Source of the DNA: Candidatus Thorarchaeota archaeon
Lineage (GTDB): Archaea; Asgardarchaeota; Thorarchaeia; Thorarchaeales; Thorarchaeaceae
Direction of reading: 5' to 3'
Assembly: GCA_046482545.1 (NCBI GenBank)
Contig: JAWOEX010000032.1
Location: forward strand, 193,903-257,902
Length of the DNA stretch: 64,000 nt
Under the pieces are notes generated by a model. That model saw only the letters and a program-made list of their open reading frames with translations. It ran no database searches and was not told the origin of the DNA. Both the position numbers and the translations under genes were made by a program. Of the stretch, positions 39,290 through 50,254 are shown in pieces (within the stretch, counting starts at the first letter, position 1; the number at the start of each line of letters is the position of its first letter).

Positions 39290-40300
39290 GTGATGGGTTT
39301 CAAAAGATACGTTGGAAAGCGCCTGGTAACTATGGTGTTTGTCGTTCTTTTCATGATGACGTTCATATTCTTGGTGATTAACGTCATCCCTGGAGATCCA
39401 GTTTTGAATATGGTGGGTGAAGATGCGCCTCAGGAGGTAGTTGAGGCAATTCGTCGCGATTTGGGTTTGGATGCACCATTGCACATTCAGTACTTCGACT
39501 ATCTTACCGGCCTTCTGAGAGGTGACTTTGGCAGGTCATTTGTTCTTGGAGAGGATGTTTCCGTATTGATTTGGCAACGTGCTGGTGTCACCATTCAGTT
39601 GGCTATTTTGGCATGGATATTCTCAGTTGCAATAGGTATCTTGGTCGGAAGGCGTAATGCCAGGCTAGAAGGAACAACTGAAGATCATGTAACCCGATTA
39701 ACAACTCTTTTCTTTTATGCTATTCCATCCTATGTTCTAGGTATTCTTGCTCAGCTTGTATTCGGTGTGTATTTGGGTGTTTTACCCATTTTCGGCACCA
39801 GTAGTCCCGGTGTAAGGCCTCCTAAAATCACTGGAATGATACTCATCGATGCATTGATTACGCTTGATTTTGGTGCTTTCATCAATGCTTTCATGCATTT
39901 TCTGTTGCCGTCCTTGGTATTAGCATCTGGTTACGCAGCAGTGACCATAAGACTGACACGGTCTGAAACCATCCAAGCCATGAAGCGGAGTTATTGCCTT
40001 CTAGCAGAAGCAAAGGGTATTAGCCAGAAGGAAGTTGTGAATAGACATGCATTCAGAAATGCACTTCTTCCAGTGGTGACTCTCACGGCTATGCAGGCGG
40101 GGGCCCTATTGACTGGCTCAGTATTGATTGAGGCTATATTCTCTCTCAATGGACTTGGTAATTTACTTTTTACCGCCGCTTCAATGAGAGATTACATACT
40201 TACTCAGGGTGTTGTTACACTATTTGTCGTGATTAATGCGGTAGTGGGGCTTTTCATTGATATTTCGTATTACTATCTTGACCCGAGAATGAGATTCTAA
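39290..40300 (+). CDS. dppB: Peptide/nickel ABC transporter permease (DppB/OppB)
   Basis: PGDP, GLD.PL..QY, GDFG.S, AKG......HAFRNALLP. Confidence 0.92.
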   Translation: MMGFKRYVGKRLVTMVFVVLFMMTFIFLVINVIPGDPVLNMVGEDAPQEVVEAIRRDLGLDAPLHIQYFDYLTGLLRGDFGRSFVLGEDVSVLIWQRAGVTIQLAILAWIFSVAIGILVGRRNARLEGTTEDHVTRLTTLFFYAIPSYVLGILAQLVFGVYLGVLPIFGTSSPGVRPPKITGMILIDALITLDFGAFINAFMHFLLPSLVLASGYAAVTIRLTRSETIQAMKRSYCLLAEAKGISQKEVVNRHAFRNALLPVVTLTAMQAGALLTGSVLIEAIFSLNGLGNLLFTAASMRDYILTQGVVTLFVVINAVVGLFIDISYYYLDPRMRF

Positions 40301-41235
40301 TGGAGCTTGTGAGGACAATTACAATGCGAAAACATATCAACCGGGTTCGAAAAACCATTAAAAAATACTCTATTGAGTTTCTCAAGTATCTAAAGGAAAG
40401 CAAGCTATGGTCGTTGCCGAGAGTTGAACAAATTTCTTTCCTCCTCGGTGGGGGACTAGTACTTTCGATAGTCCTTCTTGCGGTTTTTGCGGATATTCTT
40501 GCACCATACCGTCCGACATTAATCAATCCTGACGTTAGATTCCAGCCTCCTAGCTTTCAGTATCCTTTGGGTACTGATTCATTAGGTAGAGATGTATGGA
40601 GTAGACTCGTCTATGGTGCTAGAATATCTCTCATTGTTGGATTGATATCGGTGTTGATTTCAGCCGGCATCGGAGCTATTCTAGGGGTTCTCACAGGTTA
40701 CTTCGGTGGATGGCTTGACCGAATTATAACTCTCCCCATGGATGGTCTCTACGCATTTCCGGCCTTCCTCACTGCCCTACTGATTTCAGTAGCTCTAGGT
40801 AGAGGAGCGCTATATACTGCGATAGCTGTTGCTATCGGTCTTCTCCCCAGATTCTACAGAACCATCAGGAGTGCAGCAGCATCTATTTCAGAAGAAGAGT
40901 TCATAGAGGCCGAAGTTTCGCTAGGTGCCAGTGACTTGTATATCGTTTTTCGTCATGTGCTGCCTCTAACCTTTTCTGTATTTGTTGTTGTATTCACAAT
41001 CAGTATAGCCACAGCTATTCTAAGTATAGCTGGTCTTGGATTCCTAGGCCTTGGTGTACCACCCCCCACACCTGAATGGGGTACAGATTTGGCTGGTGGC
41101 CGTCCAAATATACTGAAAGGCATATGGTGGACCACTATAGGTCCTTCTATATTTATCTTCATTGCATGCTTGGGCTTCAGCTTGCTAGGTGACGGGCTTA
41201 ACAAAATCCTTGGAACTTCATTGGAGGAGATTTAG
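40300..41235 (+). CDS. dppC: Peptide/nickel ABC transporter permease (DppC/OppC)
   Basis: LGTD.LGRD..SR..YGAR.SL, EAA-like loop, LGFLGLG..PP.PEWG. Confidence 0.92.
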   Translation: MELVRTITMRKHINRVRKTIKKYSIEFLKYLKESKLWSLPRVEQISFLLGGGLVLSIVLLAVFADILAPYRPTLINPDVRFQPPSFQYPLGTDSLGRDVWSRLVYGARISLIVGLISVLISAGIGAILGVLTGYFGGWLDRIITLPMDGLYAFPAFLTALLISVALGRGALYTAIAVAIGLLPRFYRTIRSAAASISEEEFIEAEVSLGASDLYIVFRHVLPLTFSVFVVVFTISIATAILSIAGLGFLGLGVPPPTPEWGTDLAGGRPNILKGIWWTTIGPSIFIFIACLGFSLLGDGLNKILGTSLEEI

Positions 41236-41239
41236 AGCA

Positions 41240-42211
41240 ATGAGTGAGATTCTGACTGTAAATGGCATCAAGACTCGCTACTATACTGCATCTGGGGAAG
41301 TAAAGGCCGTAGACGGATGTGACATTAAGATGAGAAAGAATGAAACTCTGGGATTAGCTGGCGAGTCTGGATGCGGTAAGACTACTCTGGCAATGTCGAT
41401 TCTACAGCTCATCCGTCCCCCACATAAGGTAATTGAAGGCTCAGTCATATACAAAGGCGTAGACTTGATGACTCTCAACCATAATGAGTTAATGAAGTAT
41501 CGTTGGAATGATATCTCACTCGTTCTGCAACAAGCTATGAATGCTCTGAACCCTATGTATAGAATATCCGACCAGATGATTGAGCCTCTCATTAAGAATA
41601 ATGGTTTTAATAAAAAAGAAGCATTAGAGAAAGCTAAGGATCTTCTTGAGTTGACCGGTGTTGATCCAGTAAGGATTTCCAGCTACCCACACGAGCTAAG
41701 CGGCGGAATGAAGCAGAGAGCCCTCATTGCTCTTTCCTTAATTGCTGACCCTAGTATTCTTATTTTGGATGAACCCACTACAGCACTCGACGTAGTGGTG
41801 CAACATTCAATTCTCAGCCTAATCGACGAATTGAAGGAGCAGCTGGGTCTGTCGGTTTTGTGGATCACTCACGACCTTGCAGTTTTATCTGAAATATGTG
41901 AGCGTATTGCAATCATGTATGCCGGACGAATCGTGGAAGTCGGGTATAGCGAGGATCTTGTCCTTGACCCCAAACATCCTTATACTAGAGGCTTACTTGA
42001 ATCCTTTCCTACTATAGACCAACCAGACAAGGAGTTAACTGCGATTCCTGGAGTTCCCCCAAATCTTGTTAATCCGCCAGCTGGTTGCCCTTTTCATCCT
42101 AGATGCAAGTACGCTACTGATGATTGTTTGAAGATTAAACCAGCCGGAGCACCTATTGAAGGACATAAGGATTCCTATATTGAATGTCACAACTGGAGAG
42201 ATGTGGAATAG
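41240..42211 (+). CDS. dppD: Peptide ABC transporter ATP-binding protein (DppD)
   Basis: GESGCGKT, LSGGMKQR, DEPTTALD, HPYT, C-terminal Cys cluster. Confidence 0.93.
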   Translation: MSEILTVNGIKTRYYTASGEVKAVDGCDIKMRKNETLGLAGESGCGKTTLAMSILQLIRPPHKVIEGSVIYKGVDLMTLNHNELMKYRWNDISLVLQQAMNALNPMYRISDQMIEPLIKNNGFNKKEALEKAKDLLELTGVDPVRISSYPHELSGGMKQRALIALSLIADPSILILDEPTTALDVVVQHSILSLIDELKEQLGLSVLWITHDLAVLSEICERIAIMYAGRIVEVGYSEDLVLDPKHPYTRGLLESFPTIDQPDKELTAIPGVPPNLVNPPAGCPFHPRCKYATDDCLKIKPAGAPIEGHKDSYIECHNWRDVE

Positions 42212-42212
42212 T

Positions 42213-43238
42213 ATGTCAACAGATAGTAAGACTATACCAGCTATAATCAAAGTTGTCGATTTGAAAAAATGGTTTCCTATTGATAAGGGTTTCATTGCGA
42301 CATTATCTAAAGAACCTCAAAAATACGTCAAGGCTGTGGATGGAGTTGACTTTGTAATTGAGAAGGGTGATGTAATTGGGCTGGTAGGAGAAAGTGGTTG
42401 TGGTAAGACGACTCTTGGAAAGGTCTTAATCCGACTTCTTGAACCCACGGAAGGGATTCTTGAGTTTATGGGCGAAGAGATCACTAATTTAGATAGATCT
42501 CAGATGAAACCATTTCGACGTGACATGCAGATAGTCTATCAAGACCCCTTCTCGAGCTTACCGGCTAGGCTAACAGTAAAGGAAATATTGATGGAACCAC
42601 TTAAGATTCACAAGATGTTGGGGTCAAGACAAGAAAGAACTGAGAAGATTTGTAGTCTACTGGAGGATGTTGGTCTTGTCCCTGTTGAACAATTCCTAGA
42701 AAAACATCCAAATGAGATTAGTGGTGGTCAAAGGCAAAGAGTTAGCGTCGCGCGAGCACTTGCATTAAAACCCAAGTTCTTAGTCGCGGATGAACCTGTT
42801 TCTATGCTTGACCTCTCAGTTAGAGCTGGAGTTCTCAATCTGCTTAGAGATTTACAGGAACATCATAATCTCACTATGCTCCTAATAACTCATGATTTAG
42901 CAAGCGCACGATATATGTGCAATCATATATGTATAATGTACCTCGGAATAATAGTTGAAAAGGGTTTAGCGGAGGATGTGCTCAGAGAGCCATTGCATCC
43001 TTACACGAGGCTCCTCAAAGCTGCATTACCAACGTTGGATCCGAGAACAAGGCATCATCTTGAGCCTTTACCCTCTGAAGATCAGATTCCAAGTTCAGTC
43101 GATATTCCATCGGGTTGTAGATTCAATAATCGGTGCATCTATTGTCGAGATATATGCAAGACAGAGGAACCTCAATTGAGACAAGTTGGGAATAGACAAG
43201 TTGCATGTCATGGAGTAGGAAACTGGATTGATAGCTAG
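42213..43238 (+). CDS. dppF: Peptide ABC transporter ATP-binding protein (DppF)
   Basis: GESGCGKT, ISGGQRQR, DEPVSMLD, HPYT, GCRF..RC...VACH. Confidence 0.93.
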   Translation: MSTDSKTIPAIIKVVDLKKWFPIDKGFIATLSKEPQKYVKAVDGVDFVIEKGDVIGLVGESGCGKTTLGKVLIRLLEPTEGILEFMGEEITNLDRSQMKPFRRDMQIVYQDPFSSLPARLTVKEILMEPLKIHKMLGSRQERTEKICSLLEDVGLVPVEQFLEKHPNEISGGQRQRVSVARALALKPKFLVADEPVSMLDLSVRAGVLNLLRDLQEHHNLTMLLITHDLASARYMCNHICIMYLGIIVEKGLAEDVLREPLHPYTRLLKAALPTLDPRTRHHLEPLPSEDQIPSSVDIPSGCRFNNRCIYCRDICKTEEPQLRQVGNRQVACHGVGNWIDS

Positions 43239-43661
43239 TATCTAAAACGGGAACTCCTAGTTAAATGTATATTTCTCCCATGTCACCGAATTCTGTGTCA
43301 TTAATTAACCTCTCCTGATATAGAAATTAGTTGTATCGCGGTATCAAATTGACGATTGATAATAACTGCAGAATGAGCGGATAAACTGATGAGCAAGAAC
43401 AAAGACAGGCACTAATCCAGTTACTTGTTTTTACAATCAAAGTCACAAACAGAGGGTTGAAGGCGTATCTTGTTTAAGTGATAGTCCGGACCAAGAAGGG
43501 ACTGGCGCTTGTGTGGAAAAGATTACAGGGTAAAGCGTCGTTCATGGTATCTATAGTCGAGAGCTGGTTGAACGAAGGAGGAGAAGACATGTGAGCCAGC
43601 CTAGAACAGAGAAAAGCAAATATAACGGATAATCGCACATAGTCTTGGAGAATTGACTTAC

Positions 43662-44765
43662 ATGACAAAGAAAATGATTCGATTGAGCGGAAATCACTAT
43701 GAAATAGGCTTTCAACACGGAACTCAACTAAACAATGTTATTACGAATACTGTAGTTCCTTTTGTAAGAGAAGAAATAAACGATCACGGTATATCAGCAG
43801 ATGACATAGGGGATATAACAAGAAGATATGAAACTTTGCTTGAGAAGGCCTTCCCTGAGATCATAGATGAAACTAGGGGAATTGCAGATGGTGCAGAATT
43901 GGATTATCAGACAGCTCTACTTGTTCTCTTGTTTTGGGAGGTCAGAGATACTGCATCGCACGAAAATCATTCATTACCTGATTCCGATTGTTCTTCGTTC
44001 GTGGCGGCGGGTGATGCTACAGATGGAGATATTCATCTTGCGACACAAAACTCCGATTGGCCACTTAGAATGCATGGTAAGAATTTGCCGCAGGTTTTCC
44101 ATATCAGTCCTGAAGACCGATATCGTTTCATTGGCAGGGGATTGGCCGGTAATCTTGGTCGCCCATCTGTTGTGGGTTTCAACGAAGAGGGACTTGCATT
44201 TGTTGGATCTGGTATAGTTCAAACTAAGGGTGCTGACTTTGGTTTTCCCCCTCTCACAATAACTAGGATTGGTCTTGAAACTTGCAGTACCGTCGATGAG
44301 TTTGTTGAACTGGTAAGAAAAATACCCTCTTGGGGTCACGCTGGTGAAAATGTAGATGTCGTTGATAAAAATGGAAATATGGTAAGAGTGTCTTTCTCAA
44401 CTAAAAGAGTGTGTACAGTTCAGACGAAAAACCACTTTCTAGTTTCAACAAATCACTACCATAACTCGGAGATGAGTCACTTTGGGCCAGAGAAAAAGGA
44501 GGACTACATATCGACATTTACAAGATACGAACGATTAGTCGAGCTTGTTTGGGAGAATTATGGTGAAATAAACCGAGACGTGGCAGAATCAATTATGTCA
44601 GATCACAAGTATGGAAATCGACCACCGGAAGGTAACAAGTCAATCTGCCGACATGGGCCGCTCAATGAGACCCTGTGCAACATGCTCTCATTGCCAAGCA
44701 AAAAGGAGTTCTGGATCTCTGATGGAACTCCCTGTGAGGGAGATTATTTGAAATATCGACTTTGA
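43662..44765 (+). CDS. Peptidase C45 family Ntn-hydrolase (type a)
   Basis: DCSSF nucleophile, QNSDW, GRGLAGNLGRPSVVGFNE shared with 33498 and 47159 paralogs. Confidence 0.88.
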   Translation: MTKKMIRLSGNHYEIGFQHGTQLNNVITNTVVPFVREEINDHGISADDIGDITRRYETLLEKAFPEIIDETRGIADGAELDYQTALLVLLFWEVRDTASHENHSLPDSDCSSFVAAGDATDGDIHLATQNSDWPLRMHGKNLPQVFHISPEDRYRFIGRGLAGNLGRPSVVGFNEEGLAFVGSGIVQTKGADFGFPPLTITRIGLETCSTVDEFVELVRKIPSWGHAGENVDVVDKNGNMVRVSFSTKRVCTVQTKNHFLVSTNHYHNSEMSHFGPEKKEDYISTFTRYERLVELVWENYGEINRDVAESIMSDHKYGNRPPEGNKSICRHGPLNETLCNMLSLPSKKEFWISDGTPCEGDYLKYRL

Positions 44766-44804
44766 GTGATACGGATTCCATTGATAGAAAGAATGGTACT
44801 ATAT

Positions 44805-45128
44805 GACTCTGTAAAATAATATCGGGTGCATATCCAGCTATCAAACCGAAGAGGCATCCGCGACTCGTATCCTGGGGACACGGAGGGTACGAGCGGTTGC
44901 TGCGAAAGTAGAAAGCGAATCCGGATGAGTAGAAACCGACGCATCAGTACGGACAGCGAAGCCTTGCAGAGACCGTGTTCAGCATGCTGAAGGTGAGATT
45001 CGGAGGGAGTCTGAGTTCACGCGGCTACAGGGAACGACGGAGATAGCTATTACTCAAGGTCGTGTTGCACAACATCGAGCGGCTTAACTTCCTAGAGTGT
45101 GACCGGAGGTGATTTTTCACACAGGGAC
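44805..45128 (+). mobile_element. Internally deleted IS5 derivative (MITE-like)
   Basis: Ends GACTCTGTAAAA / TTTTCACACAGGGAC, ATAT on both flanks, retains transposase 3' part (ETVFSMLK...KVVLHN) homologous to 38640-38870. Confidence 0.82.
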
Positions 45129-45233
45129 ATATTTTACAATAGTTTTTTATATCCCCGCCCGAATAATAAAATAATTGACGATAATCTTATGGCATCATAA
45201 GAAATATCGTACACATTTGCAAAAAAAAAGAAA

Positions 45234-46874
45234 ATGGAAATGAAAGTAATGGAACGGAGTAATTTGATTATTGCTGCTCTGCTTATAGTGGTAATTGTCC
45301 AGAGTGCAGCCTTAGTTTATCTTTGGCAAGTACCTCCCGGTGTTCCTGATGAGGAGCGGGAAACTCTGACAATAGGCTCTATATCTGAAGTAGGTAGAGA
45401 CCATCATCCACAAGTAGTTAAGGGTGGCGATAATGACATAACTCACCAGATTTATGAAGGTTTACTTGGGTATAAATATGGTGAAACATTCGAAATGGAG
45501 CCCCTTCTTGCTACAGACTTAGGAGAAGTATCTGAGGATGGGCTGGAATACACCTTTTCCCTTCGGGAAGGGATCAAGTTCCATGATGGAACGGACTTCA
45601 ATGCTACTGCAGTTAAACATCATTTTGATTTGATGTTCGAACTCCAACAAGGCATGACATATATATTTCATCAGGAGCTTCTCAACAGAACTGAGGTTGT
45701 TGACGAGTACACAGTACGTTTCTATCTCAATTACGCCAATACTGCATTTAGATACATGCTGTGTCATATCTCAGCAATGATTCCAAGTCCGACTTCTACA
45801 GAGGCCGGACTCGCTGAAGGTGATGTTGATACATATAAAGCTGGCACTGGTCCGTACACATTTACTTCTAAGGTTATCGACAATAAGGTAATTTTAGATG
45901 CAAACGAAGACTGGTGGCGTATTGACGAGTTCGAACAAGAGGTGTTGCAGATTGATAGATTGCAGTTTCTGATGATTGGCGACGCTTCGACCCTGAGGTC
46001 AGCAGTTGAAACTGGGGTTGTCGATTTGACTACAGGATCCTTGAATGAAGCTGATTACCCTGACCTGAGGGAAAATGAGGACTTGCAAACCTTCGATGTA
46101 ACCAGTGCTTCATCAGTGCGTTGGTTGACCTTCAATATGAATTCCACACTTCATGATGTCTTCCCACAAGATAAGAGAATGCGTCAGGCATTTGCATACG
46201 CAATAAACTATGATGTAATCATAGATACTGTTTACGAAGGTGATGCAGAAAGGTTGGATAGCTATCTACCACCCGAGTATGATGGCTACATCCCCGCTGC
46301 CGAGGACTATACCTATGATCCAGATGCGGCTTTATCTCTAATTGATGAAGCTGGATTTGAAACTCCGGTGGAGATAACTATCCACTCGTCCGGCAGCTAT
46401 ACACCTAGAGAAACCGAAATGCTAGAGGTCATTGAAGAATATGCCTTGGCTGCAGGATTTGATGTCACGATCGATATCCAAGAAATCGGAGTGTACAGAC
46501 AACAATACAGGGAAACAGATAACCAAGAGATTACTCTATGGCGGTGGAGAGCAGACTATCCGGCAGCCGATAATTATAATGTTCCATTTATCTCTTCTTA
46601 TGGATATGGAACTGGATACTGCAAAGTCGAAGATGGTGATATGTCTGTGCTCTATCCGGAAGTGGATGACCTTGTTATGGAGGCTGCAGGAACTACGAAC
46701 GAGACTCGCTATATCGAGATCGTTGAAGAACTTCAAGAGATTTGGGCTGAGTGGCTTCCGAACATCTTTGTCTATAGACCAAAGTGGTACCAGTTTGGAG
46801 ATGCCGCTTTAGAAGGCGTCTGGTTTGGAGGCCTTCAGTGGGACATGCAGTTCTACAAAGCCTCATTTGCGTAG
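45234..46874 (+). CDS. ABC transporter substrate-binding protein, family 5 (DppA/OppA-like)
   Basis: N-terminal TM anchor; IYEGL, P.LA, YTF.LR.G.KFHDG..F.A..VK, GTGPY, RQA..YAIN. Confidence 0.92.
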   Translation: MEMKVMERSNLIIAALLIVVIVQSAALVYLWQVPPGVPDEERETLTIGSISEVGRDHHPQVVKGGDNDITHQIYEGLLGYKYGETFEMEPLLATDLGEVSEDGLEYTFSLREGIKFHDGTDFNATAVKHHFDLMFELQQGMTYIFHQELLNRTEVVDEYTVRFYLNYANTAFRYMLCHISAMIPSPTSTEAGLAEGDVDTYKAGTGPYTFTSKVIDNKVILDANEDWWRIDEFEQEVLQIDRLQFLMIGDASTLRSAVETGVVDLTTGSLNEADYPDLRENEDLQTFDVTSASSVRWLTFNMNSTLHDVFPQDKRMRQAFAYAINYDVIIDTVYEGDAERLDSYLPPEYDGYIPAAEDYTYDPDAALSLIDEAGFETPVEITIHSSGSYTPRETEMLEVIEEYALAAGFDVTIDIQEIGVYRQQYRETDNQEITLWRWRADYPAADNYNVPFISSYGYGTGYCKVEDGDMSVLYPEVDDLVMEAAGTTNETRYIEIVEELQEIWAEWLPNIFVYRPKWYQFGDAALEGVWFGGLQWDMQFYKASFA

Positions 46875-46894
46875 AAAAGCAGATTTCAACCTGA

Positions 46895-46926
46895 GGCGCC
46901 TTTAAAGGCGCCACTTCGTTTTTTTT
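46895..46926 (+). terminator. Hairpin plus T-run terminator-like element
   Basis: Perfect palindrome GGCGCCTTTAAAGGCGCC then ACTTCGTTTTTTTT, 20 bp after the binding-protein gene. Confidence 0.6.
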
Positions 46927-47158
46927 AATTATATTAATGATTTTGGATGGTGTGATATACCGATGAAGATATGGGCTCAAAGAGGATTCAATTGGTGTGA
47001 AGGAAAACATGGTATACGCTAACACAACATAAGTCAAATTATACCGTGTGGTAGAATTACAGGCAATACTTACATTGGTGTATTTAGATAAGTCACGCTA
47101 CATCAGTTTGATTAGTGGTGTTTAATCTATAATTTACTCATACAATACTTGTGCATGC

Positions 47159-48244
47159 TTACAAAGTAAACTTGGAGTATTCCGTCGAGCATGGAGATCC
47201 ATCTGCAACCCAACACTCCTTTCGTTCAGGAACAAGTATTATATTACTACGAGTTTGGACTTCCTTGCCGTGTCTACAGATGGACTTTGCACCATCTGGT
47301 GGGGTATTCCCATAGCTATGGTCACTCATTATCTGCTTAGTTCTCTCAACATCAATTTTTCCATGGCTATCAGTAAGCAGTTTGACTAGCGTCTCATATC
47401 GAGTATATGACGACGGATAGACCTCTCTAGACATAGGTCCGAGGTATCTCATCTCATCATTGTGATAATGATTGGTTGAAACGATAAAGTGATTTCGTGC
47501 CTGGGTGACGAATATCTTGTTTGTGGAAAAGCCGATTCTCGCAATGTTGCCATCCTTGTCGAGTATATCAACATTTTCTCCGGCATGTGACCATTGGGGA
47601 ACTCGCCTGACAAAATCAATAAATTCATCTACTGTACTATGTTTTTCCAACCCAATTCTAGTAGCTGTTAAAGGAGGAAAGCCAAACCCAGAATTCCTCA
47701 TCTGCCTTATGCCTGAGCCCACAAAAGCTAACCCCTTTTCATTGAAGCCAACTACTGAAGGTCGCCCAAGATTTCCCGCCAGTCCACGTCCCATGAAGCT
47801 ATAACGCCCTTTTGGACTTATATGGAATGTTAAGCCAATTGGTTTGTTGGTCATTTCGGATGACCAGTCCGAGTTCTGAGTTGCAATCTGAATCCCATTT
47901 CTAGTTGCATCTCCAGTAGCTACAAAAGACGAACACTCTGGGAATGCATCTCTTACCGTATCTTTGACCTCCCAGTAAAACAGGACTAGAAGAGCTGTAT
48001 CATAATCAATATCCGCCCCATCACCTATACCCTTAGTTTCATCCAGGATTTCCGGATGGGTCTCTGATAGGAGATTCCGGTATTCTGCGATAATCCTACC
48101 GACGGCATTATCAGAAATTCTAAGCCGTTCCATGTCTTTTCTAACAAAAGGAATCACACTCTTTCTTATTATTGATGCAAGTTTCTTTCCATGTTGCAAT
48201 CCTATTTCATAATGTGAACCCTGTAAACGAACCATTTTACTCAT
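47159..48244 (-). CDS. Peptidase C45 family Ntn-hydrolase (type a)
   Basis: ECSSF, QNSDW, TNHYHN, SICRHG, GSPC. Confidence 0.88.
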   Translation of the reverse strand: MSKMVRLQGSHYEIGLQHGKKLASIIRKSVIPFVRKDMERLRISDNAVGRIIAEYRNLLSETHPEILDETKGIGDGADIDYDTALLVLFYWEVKDTVRDAFPECSSFVATGDATRNGIQIATQNSDWSSEMTNKPIGLTFHISPKGRYSFMGRGLAGNLGRPSVVGFNEKGLAFVGSGIRQMRNSGFGFPPLTATRIGLEKHSTVDEFIDFVRRVPQWSHAGENVDILDKDGNIARIGFSTNKIFVTQARNHFIVSTNHYHNDEMRYLGPMSREVYPSSYTRYETLVKLLTDSHGKIDVERTKQIMSDHSYGNTPPDGAKSICRHGKEVQTRSNIILVPERKECWVADGSPCSTEYSKFTL

Positions 48245-48320
48245 TGTCTATATTATCCCTATATGTTTTATTGTTTTTTTTTTAACCTTCTGAATTTGTG
48301 TTGATTCTCTAGTCTCACTC

Positions 48321-49415
48321 TTATGAGCTCCATATGTCTACTTCCTCGTAGCCACCCAAACATGGGGGACCGTGCGATATAATCATCTTGGAATTGGTCA
48401 TATCGATGATCATGGAGGCATTCGTTTGCATCTGATGGAGTTTATGACGTTCTAAATCAGGATGACGGCAAATCGAATGTGGTTTGCTGAAATGGTCCGT
48501 GAACATCCTTCTGAATGTATCCACAGAAACTGACCCAGTTTCACCAGATAATATCTTATCAGCGCGATGCTTTCGAATCAGTGTATTAGGTGAACGAGAG
48601 ACTTTATTGTCAGTTATCTCAGAATTAGTAACTACAAAATGGTTAGTATGTGTCAAAAAGCCTCTATCCGGAAATATGAAGTTTGCCGTATAAGGAGTAG
48701 TTTCAATGTCAATACACTCGCCGTCGATGTGTGTAATGAGGTAGTTGTGCGAAGAGCACCTTTTAGCAGATGATACTGCCCTTATGGCATTTGAGAAATT
48801 AGTACTATTTAGGATACCTCGTTTAAGGATTAGATGTGGAACACCATTCACAGACCAACCGCTGGATTGCAATGAGTTGGCACAAAGCCCGATGCCGGCT
48901 GAGTTAATACCATTTCCACCAACAGTCCCTGCCTCTGTGAATTGCAGAATATCTGGCCCTGATTTCTGCTCTATCCTCAGCAAAATGGAGGCTTTTTGAA
49001 AGATTTCATTCCAGTCATCATTTTGACCAATGATTGTATTTTTTTCTTTAGTTATTTCGGGAAGAGCTGAGGCCGTCGTACATCCATTCCACACGCCGTC
49101 CACTTTCAGGCTGAAGAATTCATAAACTGCATTCAAAAAGACAATGACATCATACGTTCTATCTGCACCAACGGCAATACCTCGCATTTCCTCTACTATA
49201 TGAGGAGCATATTTCTCGATGTAATGGTGATATCCTTTTGCCTTTTCTATCGCTTTCTCCCAAGAAACTCCAAAATAATCTTGAGAATCAAAAAGAGATC
49301 GTAGGGTACTCATCCTTAAATCAATCAGAGATTTGCACTTCTCGCCATATTCATGTCCCTTATTGAATGCATCGCCTTGGATAGTTATGAGAGGGAATTC
49401 TTTTTTCATTTTCAT
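48321..49415 (-). CDS. Peptidase C45 family Ntn-hydrolase (type b)
   Basis: GCTT, GQNDDW, HTNHF, SICRH, GPPC; close paralog of 34659..35765. Confidence 0.88.
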   Translation of the reverse strand: MKMKKEFPLITIQGDAFNKGHEYGEKCKSLIDLRMSTLRSLFDSQDYFGVSWEKAIEKAKGYHHYIEKYAPHIVEEMRGIAVGADRTYDVIVFLNAVYEFFSLKVDGVWNGCTTASALPEITKEKNTIIGQNDDWNEIFQKASILLRIEQKSGPDILQFTEAGTVGGNGINSAGIGLCANSLQSSGWSVNGVPHLILKRGILNSTNFSNAIRAVSSAKRCSSHNYLITHIDGECIDIETTPYTANFIFPDRGFLTHTNHFVVTNSEITDNKVSRSPNTLIRKHRADKILSGETGSVSVDTFRRMFTDHFSKPHSICRHPDLERHKLHQMQTNASMIIDMTNSKMIISHGPPCLGGYEEVDIWSS

Positions 49416-49445
49416 ATCCCTTAGGTGTTAATCAATTCCTATGCA

Positions 49446-49940
49446 TTAGGTGGCAGCATCTTTACCGAAGATCACATCGTCGTTCAGTTTGATATCGAGC
49501 GTTACAACAGTACCATCCATTGCTGATTCCATGATGTGCTTGTATTGACCACCTTCTCCAGACACCAAAATGTTGAGATGGTTTGGCTCATGTATATCAC
49601 TAAAGCCTACAACCTTACCTATTTCTGTGCTTCCGATATCTACAGGCTGTCCTACGACTATGATTCCTCCTGTCACTACCTCGAGGAATCCCAGATACAG
49701 AACAGAGTCTACAGTGTTGCCCGGTACGACACCATTTTGGTTAGTGAAGGTGATTTCTGCAATAGAATGCCTTGGAAAGGACCTACTTCTCGGAAAAATG
49801 AGCTCAGTTCCTCTTCCAAGTAATCTGAGACCCGAAACTGCTATGATCTTTCCAACGACACTCCTCTTTGCTGAGCTTGGCCAGTGGTCGGGAATTTTGT
49901 TGTTTTCATATGGTTCATCACTCAATTTTTCATCCCTCAT
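49446..49940 (-). CDS. DUF6917-like hypothetical beta-barrel protein
   Basis: LI.PRSR, V.YLGF.EV..GG....G, G...GF...H.PNHLNI. Confidence 0.7.
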   Translation of the reverse strand: MRDEKLSDEPYENNKIPDHWPSSAKRSVVGKIIAVSGLRLLGRGTELIFPRSRSFPRHSIAEITFTNQNGVVPGNTVDSVLYLGFLEVVTGGIIVVGQPVDIGSTEIGKVVGFSDIHEPNHLNILVSGEGGQYKHIMESAMDGTVVTLDIKLNDDVIFGKDAAT

Positions 49941-50254
49941 TTGTTATATCAGCTCTCTTCTATTCAGCACACATGACATCATATTAATCGCTTGAGCTTG
50001 AGTCTGTCACGCCAATTTTGCTTACTACTACACTCTGTCAATGTAGTATATTGTAATTAAATTTCGCTTATTTTCCATGTATATTTCTTTTGGTTATATT
50101 GTTATGCAGTTTTACATTCTGTTCCGAAATTATTTTTTTCCAGAACATAAAAATCTAATGAATATAGCTACTTCAAATATTCAAGTGTTGATACTCCATT
50201 GGAAGAGCCAAATCAAGAAGTGTTTGGCCTATAGCTACGCCCAGTACCAAAAAC

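Noticed and set aside
31840-49415. Beta-lactam biosynthesis (C45 acyltransferases plus class V PLP epimerase-like gene)
   Set aside because: No ACV synthetase or isopenicillin N synthase; the context is uptake and catabolism
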